NCBI RefSeq assembly: GCF_963853765.1
Contig: NC_088858.1
Location: 41,540,001-41,604,000 of the forward strand
Direction: 5' to 3'
Length of the DNA: 64,000 nucleotides
Source: Magallana gigas
Lineage: Eukaryota
Below are positions 14,301 to 25,700 of the stretch, in pieces. Under the pieces are notes generated by a model. The model was not told the DNA's origin. It saw nothing but the letters and a program-made list of their open reading frames with translations, and searched no databases. Every line of letters begins with the position of its first letter. The first letter of the stretch is position 1. Position numbers and translations under genes: made by a program.

Positions 14301-17300
14301 GTCCAGTAAAAGCTATAGCATCAGCAGCAAGGTGCATTTTAAATTCAGAACATGTTGATGCACTTTATTTCTGATAAATCTCAGCATATAAAAGATTTGG
14401 AATTATATAATTAATATGAACCCTTGACAGATGAAGTGAATGGTCTCACACAGATTAAATGATTCTTTTATGAAATTGTCAAATTTAAAATAATACTTCT
14501 GTAAAATATTCCCCAGCAAGGATTATAATTACCATGTACATATGTTGCTTTTCAATTTATAATTATGATATAAGTATATGACTACTTATATAGGCATATA
14601 ATTACATGTATATGTGTGGATATTTTTAGATATTGAAATGATATACTAGGGAAAATAATTCTTAATGGTTCAAAAATCAAATTAACCAAATGATATTACT
14701 CCCCCCCCCCCCCATTAAAAAAAATATAAATGGGAAATTTCCTAAATTGATAGAGAGAGATAGTTTAAACAGTAATGTAGAACTAGCAGCAAAATGCCAT
14801 ATCATCCCGTTATATTCTGTACAGTGACAGTTTTGAATGAAATAAAATTTTGGTGGAATGAAATTCATTGATCCGCCCCATGTTATGTATATATTTAGCA
14901 CTGCTGTCTCCAGAGGGCGCTTATCAGGAAAACGAAAGTAGAACGGTCATGGCCATTTTTTCGCTGCTTTTTTCGTGTTGGTTGTATCATGTATGGACAG
15001 GGTGGATGTACCGGTATATATTAGACATTACTTAGCTTTTACCTGACAGAGAATTATGTGAAATGGGAAACGTACCTGTTATAGTTTGTTTGACAACCTT
15101 GGTTTGGTCGCAAAAATGGAGTTAGGAGCCATCTCTTTGAACAGGTTGGGACCAATCGCCCAAATGGGATAGAATATCCCAAACGGGTTATTATGACCCA
15201 AACGAGCTATATATAGATATCCCGCACGGGCTACATAACGCGGTTTTTTTTTCTGCAAGAAAAAGAAGACTTGTTTCCGCAAGATGTCGAGTACATTGGT
15301 AAGGAAATTGAGTCATTATCTGTAGATTGAGTTAAATTCTACGTATTTTTCATCCCTATTCACTTCATAAACTTATTTACTAAAACATGAGTCAGTCCTT
15401 TTGCACGGTGACCTTAACTGTTTTTCTTTAAACTTACCTTTATGTTCTAATATCAACAAAAGTTGAAGTAATTTTCTTCGACACTAACACATGGAAGACA
15501 TATTGAAACAATAACTTCTCGCGAGATCAAATTATCCAATCAGAAAATGGCTATGATCTTTGGTGTGGTTGAAATTTAGAGCTTATTGTATGGAGCACCA
15601 GAAGGACTAAAATAAAATATTAATTTATAAGGAAAATGAAATGCGCCAATAACATTAGATTTCGTTCTATATTATAAAATATGACGTTAATATATTAAAT
15701 TTGCATTGAAATTTTTTAACAGAGAAAAAATGGCAGAAGCGGAAAAGTTTCTAATCTAACTCTTGGGAAGAACAGGAGACAGGTTCCATCCCAAGTTGGA
15801 TCAAGGAGCGTTAGCCAATCATTTTTTAAGAGAAAAAACACTCTTCTAGAGAAAGTAAGAATATGTTTTATTAATTGTTTTCAATTAAATTAAATAAATA
15901 AAGTTTATATTTACAAATATACAATTTTGATTATATAATATGATGATATTATGATGTAACATAATGTGATGTTTCATTATATATATATACAATATTTACA
16001 AATAAATAAAGTTTATATTTAGTATTATTTACATATCACACTGTTTTTTTAAAATATCATACAATATATACAGATAAAAATACTACATTTGTGAAACATT
16101 TACATATTCTAATTGCAAGTTTTACAGGTGTATTTACAATTATGTGATAAGGAAAATAACATTCCAAGTAATTGTCAGCATAAAAATTGCAATATATACA
16201 TATAAAAATTTAATCATTTCGGCCCTCCGATTTTAAAACATCATGATAAAATTTAAGAATATCTGCTTTTGTCTTCGATTTAACTTTCCTCCACTCGGCA
16301 TTGATTTTCTCATTGTTTATATCCTCAAGTTCACCTTCAATTATCTTAATAATTTCGGGTTTTGTTTTATTAACAATGGATTCTGCTTTTGTCCTTTCGT
16401 CTGTGAGAACAAAAATCGGAGGAAATTTTTTTCTGTCACTGAGGCTGTGGTTGATAATAAAATTCATAAAGTCTTCGCGGTGTCGCAATGAGTTTACGTG
16501 AAACTCCGTCAATGAACGGTCCAAGGATTTCCCACTAAAAGACGTGTGACTCTTTTCTTTGAACGGCTCATTTATGTAGCCTGATTCTCTGATAGACTGT
16601 CTAAAACAATTGATTTCAAAATCAATATTGTACATGTAAGCGTATTCGGCATCAAGCTCACAAATGCATAGAGCAGCACTCAAGTTTCCTCTGACCTATA
16701 CAAAAATATGAAAAGTTTTGTAAATAAATTGTTTAAAAATAAAAAATAAAACGATTGTAAAATTATTTCATTAAATTAAACATCGCAGAAAAAAGTTAAA
16801 GAAATGACATAGTAAAAGGTAACGGAAATCGGCTTTGCCACCCCCACCCCAAGAAAAAATGGCGGCACCCCCCCCCCTTTTCAAAAACACAATTCTCAAT
16901 AATTTTGGTTCAACACACGCATTATTATGATTGGAAATGTATAATGATGTTAAGATATATATGCATTTGTATGAAAAATATACATGCATGTATCTACTTT
17001 AGGCAAAAGAGATACACGAAACCACAGGCGCAGACTGCGTCTTATACTTAAAGAGCCCTGGAGGGACAGAATATGTGTACAAGTCTGCAGGGGTGAATTT
17101 TGACTTGGTAATAAATTAATGAATACTTTATTTCATATATAAATATTTTATGTATGAACGTCATAAAAAAGAACTCAATTAATATTAAAAGAGTACTTTT
17201 ATTCCCTATGTTATAAATTTCAGGGAAAGATCAATGTTCAAGATGGACCCCAACAAAAAGAAGACGTCCCATCTACAAGCTCAATGGACCCCAGGACATC

Positions 17301-19740
17301 CCTGTCGTTGTCACCCATAAGGAGCAGGACGCGCCATACAGAGACGCAGACATCGGAGTCCTCCTTCTCCACAGTTCAAGATTCTACACTGTGTAGATTC
17401 TGTGGAGAAGGGAGGAAAGATACCAAGGCTCTCTGGATTGGGTGTTCACATGTCTCGCAGCGTGGGCGGGTGAAGCAGACATGCGAGTACTGGGTGCATG
17501 CTTTGTGCGTTGGCATTACAGCCACAACCAAAGCACCTCTGAGCAGAATTGGATGGAAATGCCCTCACCATATCATGATTGCTAAAGATAATGCTAAAGA
17601 TAAGAATAAAAAAAGTAAATGAGTTATTGGGTTTTTTTATTTCAAAATGGCTGAAGTTACCTTTTCTAGTTTGTCAATGCACCTACAAACATTTCTCCAC
17701 TTCTCCTCATCAGGCACTCCATTTTGGATCCACATCTTCGTTTTCCTGTTTTTGGCTTCTAATATAAAATCACCCCCCTCACCCTTGGCATCACTGCCAG
17801 AAACTCTGTAGGACTCATGTTCCTCAATAAACCCACGTACTTTACTTGGGCACTGAATTCGAACAAATGAGTCCCTCATATATGTCTCCATGTAAAATGG
17901 CATGTTAAGGCCAAAGAATAATGGTGAAAACTTTGTTTTAGACGCATTAATTGCTGTGGAATTGTTGCGCCTGACCCCTGCTCTAAATACATGGAGGGCA
18001 AGGCAGTATGAAAATACTACCTCAGCCATAAACTTATAATTGGGGTTTTTAACCCCAACATACCATTCATAGAAGCCACTGACAGAAGGCGAGGATGTAC
18101 TCGGATCCCTCACATATACCAACAAAAGCTCTGCAGCCATTGACTGCAGAAATATCTGAAAAATTTGCCAGCTTTTGTGGTGGTCTGCAAAATAAATGTC
18201 ATAAGATAAAAGTTGGGACAAAACTTTTTTAATATTCGTTTTTATAAAATAAAACTATTTTATTTTTACCTGTTGCGCTCATAAATGAGGCTTGTGCTTT
18301 TGGGCTATTGAAGCCTAAAAGTTTTGCAAGATCTATAAGGATCACATCCCATAGCAGGCGAAATATGGCTTTCGTCATATTGATCTCATAATGACCAAGT
18401 CCTGAAATTAATATTGTGCATTTTTATATGGCATAACGCTGTATTTATTTCTTATTGATTACTAGAAAAAATACAAAATTTCCTTGTTTTATAAAATAAT
18501 TCAAAGAACTATGTACCAGGTAACATGACAATGTCGTTGTACTTTCTACACTTCTCTATGTCGACGTTTAGTGCATGGTCGTAATTCTTTATGTGCTCCT
18601 TGAAATCTGGTTCATCCATGAACTCCATGCCACAATCCGGACAGGTAAACATGTTCTCTACAAAAATATATTACGATGTCAATTTTGATTTCGTGTGATT
18701 TTTATGTTTACACTTTTAATAAATTAATGTATTTTAATTTGCGACAAACCGATGATTCTTGATGCAAGAGTATAGGGCAGGCCATCACACCCAACCATCG
18801 TCCATTTCCTCGCCTCACCCACCTTCGCCTTCTCTCGAATGTGATCAAGAACCTAAGAGCGTATAAATTTAAAATAAATATTAACAACTGCATGTAGTGG
18901 TTGACAAATAGATTGATGAATTAACGATTCATGACTTACAAACCTTCTCAACTGCCTCGTAAGAACAGGGGTTTTCGAAACATGGTTCTCCCATGATGAC
19001 AGTTGGATTTGGTCCATCGTTAGATTTAATGAAAGAATACCTAAAAAATTTAATGATCAAATCATTGCAAATTAACAAAAATGCAATTTTATCGAATTTT
19101 AATTTTGTATAAAAAATCCGTTTATTTAATAATAAAATAATATGTACCTTTCCTCTGCTGTAATATAAGTTATATTTAGCAAATTCTTATCAATGTTGTC
19201 CAGTCCGTTGTCATCCTGATGGCTAACAATTTTCTCTAATTTGTCTCTAATGAATTCATTTCTAAACAGACAAAAAATTATAAAAATATTTATTCAGCAT
19301 ATAATTTATCATTTAATTTTAATTTGATAATAAATGCAATGTGAGTTATAATTTTACTTATATAGAACATAATGTACCTATAGTGCCGAAACGTTTCGAA
19401 GTGTATCATATCAAGATCTTTCATTTTACTAATTGTATCTCGTTTGCCATCACTAGTGTGATTCATCCACTGTCGTGGAGATAGTTCCAGAATATGTTGA
19501 ATATTGCTCTCAATGTCCGGGATAATATGTACCATGGTGGTAACGACACTGGCCTTCCCTTTGTAATTCACCTCCACCTTCCATTTCTTCTCTAAAACCT
19601 ATGGTTGCAACACAAAAAATTATGAAAATTACCTAATTTGGACAGGAATATTTTTTTTTCAATTATAAATTATATGATACTGTTTTAAAATACATGTAAA
19701 TATACGTATACGACTATATGCTAACTCAAATAACTTGTAT

Positions 19741-19790
<50 letters not shown>

Positions 19791-22700
19791 TTTAATCCAA
19801 TTATTTGCCCCAAAATCCTTAACGTTTACCGTACATATAGAATTATATGTGAATATAAGCTTATTGCAACTAAAGTTTATGTTTATTATCACCTGATTAT
19901 TGTCAAAAAATGTTACAACATCAGCGTTTTGGGGGCATTCTATGGCGTCTTTGCTCTGCTCTGAAATCCAGTTCTGAACTGTTGTGTAGGATCCCGATGG
20001 ACTGCCCTTACACCCTATCCTCAAAGCGGATTTGCTACCAGTTATGTAGTATCTAGATAACATAAATAGAGATAATGATTTATTAGAATAAATAATTAAT
20101 TATGCAAACATCACATACACAGTACTAATGTGTAGATTGAATAAAATAGGCGTAATTTGACTGCAATTATAGTCATTACGTGAATACTTGTGTGTGTGTG
20201 TGTGGCTGTATTTTAAACATACCCAAGCAGATTTTGAGAGAAAGACATTGGTGAAACAAAGGAATTGTTTCTACACCCGTAGATAGACTCTACAGTCTTT
20301 GCTAGTCTAATTTCCTCACAAGCATCGTTGCAGATCCCTTTGATGAAATTAACTATAACATGGTTTCTTTCTTGCAACCAGTCTGAAACGACACACAATT
20401 ATAATAATAAATATTTATATCATAGATAATATATAAATATATTCAATAAATAATATAACAGTGTGTATGTGTGTGTGTGTGGGGTGGGGTGGGGGTGGGG
20501 GGGGGGGGTTGGTGTGTGTGTGTGTGGGGGGGGGTGAACATGTGCGTTTATTATCTATAATTTATTTATTTACCCTTCAGATTGAACGTTTCCAAGTAAT
20601 CTACATCTTTATACTGGCTCCCAGAAGTCACAGTATCCTCGTAAACTGCTTTGGTTTGTGTTTTTCCTAAAGTATGAAATATTTATTCAATACCAATGCA
20701 TAATTGCCTCCTTAAAATATATACACAGAGTTAGTTAATTGGTTTTTCTTTGAAATAATAAAATTTCATTTCGTCGTTGCTTGTAAAATATTACAGGTGT
20801 TAGTTAGAGGATATATTACCTAAAGCGTATGATAAGGAAGACAGCTGATCGCTTGTTAGTCTATTATTGGAAACTGCCCCCAGGAACTCTTCAAAATACT
20901 CCAAAATACTGAACTTCTTCTTTTTAGCCGCCTCCTCAGTCTCATCTTCGTGCTGAAGACACTGCTCAGCAAATTTTACACACAGAGAACACAAAAAGGT
21001 AGAATGTGGGAATATAAATTCCCTTTTCAACAAAAAGTTAACGACTTTAACTTTAATTTTTTTGTCGGATATTCTCTGAACAATCTCCTCGTCGTCTGGG
21101 AATAGGGTTGAACAGTATACATGCTGTTTGCAACTGCATTTGCGTTTAGGGGGCATATCTACATAAAAAATCATTAGATAAGATAAAGGTAAATATAAGC
21201 CTCAAAAATTTGTTTCACATAAATGAACATGTGTAACTAATTGTGTATTCAATCTTATTTGTTAATCTTATAAACATAATTTACTTTATATCAGCAATAA
21301 ATATTGCGGACCAGAATGCACCAGTATCAAATTCACTGGGTACCGTTTAATAACTCCAAACTTGCACATAATATCATCTTGATGAATTACATTTTTAAAA
21401 TCACGGATAAATTGCAGTAAACATGCTCATAGGGATTTAATGACTTTGGCAATATGTTTAGACAAATTAACACTAAGAACATTATTTTTCATATTTACAT
21501 AGGTAACGTAATATAATGATGCATGTATGTTAACCTTCATCACTTTTTATTCATTTGTGACATAGATTTTTAAACGTTTATACAACTTTCAAACAACATT
21601 TCCGTAAATTTTTCAATACGTTTCCTCAAAAACATATATACAAGAGTTTTAATAAAATTATTTAATAATTCTCATTATGGCGCACCATACATTCTATTTG
21701 AAAATATGACCTATTTTATAAAACACTCTTCAATTGGACAGTTAGTGATCACATGATCATGCAAGCTTTTCAAAATGGCGGAATGAAGTCGTGTTTTTCA
21801 GCAGGTAAGAGTAATTATGGCTTAACTGAAGTTTAAATAGCTTTAACAAGGAAAATGTAATCGTAAATATAAAAGAGACTTACTTTTCACCTTATGTTCT
21901 CGCACTTCCGCATCAGTTAAGGCTATGAGGACCGAATTTTCAGCTGCCTTTTATATACTTGGGCCCCTATGAGCAATCCAGATCCCTCGCAAAGAAGCGT
22001 ATTTTGGAAATTCTCGTGCAAAATATACCGCCAAATTTTATGTAGCCTGTTTGGGATATCTATATATAGCTCGTTTGGGTCATAATAACCCGTTTGGGAT
22101 ATTCTATCCCATTTGGGCGATTGGTCCCAACCTGTTGAAGGATACCCGCTGTCTCCTAGCAAATGCGTATGCACAGGGATTTTGTTTTGGTCAAACAATG
22201 ACTTGAGTCCACTCTCATTCAAGATCCTAGCGTCATGTGTTGAGCCTGGCCATTTCGCTACGACATCAATTATCTTGTGGAATGGATCAAAGACGACCTG
22301 TGTGTTGATGCTGTGGTAATGATGTCTGTTGACATATTCGTTTTCGTATTGAGAAGGAGCGATAATTTGTACATGTGTGCCATCGATGGCCCCAACAATT
22401 CCAGGAAACCCAGCGATTTTGAAAAACTCTTCTTGGTTTTTGCGAATTTCCTGAAGATTTAGTGGAAATTTAATAAACTGAGCACAAATTCGTGGAGAAG
22501 AGAGACATCTTAGAGTTGCAGTAATTGACCTAGAAACAGTAGGCTGCGAGACACCCATGTCGTCTCCATTGCACAACTGCATTTTACCGGTAGCTAAAAA
22601 TCTAAGTGTTAATAAAATTTTCTGCAGTGGAGAAAGTGCACAGTTTCTGCGTGAACCACTCATAAGTTCGTTACCAATCAACCCCTCTAGAAAACGGATA

Positions 22701-25700
22701 CCGGCTGAATCAAATCTGTACCTCTCAACAAGTTCAGCATCACTGTACTCTACCAAACAGTCTTTTCTTTTGCGAAAACATCTTCTGTGTGCTCCGATGG
22801 CAGCCATTTTGATTTTGAACTTAAGTTTTTCTTAGAACTTTAAGACACCTCAAGAGGACTCTTAGATTTAAGTATTGCTTAAGATTTTTCTTAGGCATAA
22901 GTTGTTTTATGAATAAAACTTAAGTTTAAAACAAATTCTTAGCGTGACTTAAGTATTTTTTATGAGTTTAAGTATTTTCTTACACTTAAGTGCTGTTAAA
23001 GTATCTTTATGAATCCCAGCCCTGATCTTTTAGTGTTGTTTTGAAGGTATTGTTATAAAAGCTTGACCCTCTAGTGTTTTATTAATAAGGTGTAAGTGTT
23101 TAACTCCCTAGTGTTGTGTTGTTGCGAAAGATATAAGAGACTGACCCTCAAAAGTTCTTTTGTAGGTATTGCTTTAAGAGTATGATCAGCTAGTGTTGTA
23201 TTGTAGGTATAGCTATAAGAGCTGTAAGAGTTTGACCTTTTAGTTGTATGTCTGACCATATGTTGTGATGTGTTGTAGCCAAAGGTTTAAATTTTTCAAC
23301 TTATGTTATGCTGTAGGTATCGGGCTCCGGAGTGTCTACTCACTGATGGGTATTATACCTACAAGATGGACATATGGAGTGTGGGCTGTGTCTTCTTTGA
23401 AATCCTTAGGTAAGTTACAAATATCAATCTAACTAAAATCAGATCTCTCTCAATGTCCTTAAGTTTTCGATATGTCTACAGAATATATCCAGAGGAGGAG
23501 ATTGAAGATCTTTTTTTTTCTTTAAAATTGTTCTAGACATACTGCTTTATGCAGATTAATATTTGTAAAATATTCATTTCAACAAAATGTTCTAGCCCTG
23601 CAACAACAAATCCTGCAGCATCAAATCTGCAAATGCAATTTTATGTGAATGCATTTTCTTCCTTACGTAAAGAATACTTTGCACAAAAACGTGTGAAATA
23701 TTTCATCAAGATCAATTGAATGCGAAATACATGTATTTGCATGTAAATAAAATCAGAAGATGATACTGTAAAATATTTTTTTGGTATCAATATTTTGCTT
23801 TGGATGTTAATTTAATGACTTCCAATCTTACTGTAAAAGTTATTCTGGTAGGTACTGGGTACTGTGTATATTAAATTGTTTCATACGTGTACTTTGTTTC
23901 TTTCAGTCTTCACCCTCTTTTCCCTGGTTCAAATGAAGTTGATCAGATTGCTAAGATACATGACATAATGGGTACTCCAGACTCCAGTGTTCTAGATAAA
24001 CTCAAAAAGTGAGTTCTTTTGTAGCTGTTAAATTCATTCATTCTTTTACTCAATATTTCAATCCTCATTACTGGCATGTTACCTCTGATTATTGGTGCAC
24101 AAAAGTTAAGTTTCTTCCTATTTCTTTTTTATCCAATTTACCCACATAAAATGTTATGGGCAAATATAAATCTTTTGCAATAAGGTACATTTTTCTTTTT
24201 TATATGTTAGAGGGAGAGAATTGTGTACATAAAAAAGATTATGTCTTAAATGTCAGAATGATTGGTCTTAGAAATCTTTACAATGAATGATAGATCTAAA
24301 TTGTTTGAGTTTTGCCCTGCTTCCGTGTAAAAAGTATAGTGTAAACTATACGTTTAGCCAAAATAAAATTATTTATTGGAATTGCCTATCCCCTTATTGA
24401 AATACATGTACCCCCACTTTTTTCAGGGAGATTTTTATTTTTTACCAATTTTCAATTAGTCAAACTACAAGTTTGAAAAATTAAAAAAAAAGTTCCCTCC
24501 CTCCCTCCTGGGCGTAAAAACCTCCAGATGGCAATTCCACACGAACATTTTTTAAGGATGTCCAATTGTAAGTTGTTATGTTATTTGTCATGCAGATCAA
24601 GGGGAATGAATTTCAATTTCCCCCAGAAGAAGGGTACGGGTATCGAACGTCTCCTCCCTCACTGTACGCAGGAGGCCATCGAACTTATTTATCAAATGTG
24701 CACTTACGACCCTGATGAGAGAATCACAGCAAAGCAAGCCATACGACACCCGTACTTCAAAGATCTCAGGTCAGTGTTAAAAACTGTAAAAAGTAGATTC
24801 AGCTTCTTTCTTCTCCCTTTTTTTTTAAAGCTTTTTTTTAGAAAACAGGAAAATGTTCAGTTGGGGTAATTTTCACTCAAATAAAAGAGGAAAAAGTACA
24901 TTAATTTGCTTTATTATTCTCTCACATTCTGAAAACTAAGTAATTTATTTGCATATCATGGCATTTGACATATGTTCTGAAAAAGTGAAGTTATGTCAAA
25001 GAAACAATGTTTATGCAGTTTTTTAAATTTTTTATCATCTTTAACAATTTTACACAGAAAAACCCATCCTTACTGTTGAAATTACAAGATTGTGTTAAAA
25101 CAATAAATGAATATATTTTTTATAGTCAACAATTTTTCTTTAAAATTTTTAACAAAATGTATATAAAGAATCAAATTAATATCAACATAATGCTTTGATT
25201 AGCATCACTATATTTCATAGGCATTGAATTTAAAAATACATGTTCTGTTATTCTATGAAATGCAACTTTAATTAATATGTTTAATCAGGGCAACAAAACA
25301 ATCAAAGCAAAGGTAGTATGGCAGATTGCACTATCAATTTTCCTTGTTGTTTTTTTTTTCTTGTGATAATATAATATTGATATATGAATTAGAAACTTAG
25401 ATATGTGTAATCCAGACATAGAAAAGGCAGATTCCATCTTGAATTTGCATATTTGACGTCTTGATGATGTCAGAGCAAGGATTGACATTAACCTTTGTAG
25501 ATTTAGAAACCTGCAAAGTTGACTGACGTAGATATTCTATTCAGTGGGAAGGGTTAATTTTGGGATATACTCAATTGACTCCAAGCCAGCATGCCTATTA
25601 GTTTCATAAATGTAAACTATTCAACTGTGCCTGTAGTCTAATTACTATTTCTACCTGAATTTGAAGCCTGTGTGACTCATCCAGTTAGAGGAATGCGCTT

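Larger units (their letters stand above)
15142..22134. mobile_element. 6,993-bp apparently autonomous DNA transposon (Academ-like transposase plus MADS-PHD accessory gene), superfamily not firmly assignable
   Basis: TIRs start CAGGTTGGGACC. They are identical for 82 bp and match over 97 bp with 3 mismatches. TTGAA is duplicated at 15137-15141 and 22135-22139; removing the element and one copy restores the Harbinger reading frame. Confidence 0.93.
13811..22807 (-). pseudogene. Harbinger (HARBI1-type) DDE transposase, split by a 7-kb insertion; otherwise an intact ~337-aa ORF
   Basis: 22807-22135 (GAIDGTH, VVAKWPGSTHDARIL, LLGDSGYPS) joins in frame to 15136-15076 (KRWLLTPFLRPNQGCQTNYN), then splices to 14090-13811 (RAHKKTRSIVERGIGQLKRRF...ACCILHNIC). 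Total 1014 nt with no stop once the insertion and one TSD copy are removed. Confidence 0.93.
11374..23021. mobile_element. PIF/Harbinger DNA transposon (Myb/SANT gene plus transposase), disrupted by a nested element
   Basis: TIRs GGCCGGGATTCATAAAGAT (11374-) and ATCTTTATGAATCCCAGCC (-23021). 3-bp CTG TSD at 11371-11373 and 23022-23024; CWG TSDs are known for some Harbingers. Two convergent genes typical of the superfamily. Confidence 0.92.

Noticed and set aside
17284-17622. PHD ORF as a stand-alone host gene
   Set aside because: It lies between the TIRs of the nested element, has an in-frame acceptor at 17223 and splices to upstream exons within the element.
15142-22134. Assignment of the nested element to Transib/RAG-like, Kolobok, piggyBac or Zisupton
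   Set aside because: The termini are CAGG rather than CAC, the TSD is neither TTAA nor 8 bp, and I see no RAG1-like or KDZ motifs. Left as Academ-like pending phylogeny.
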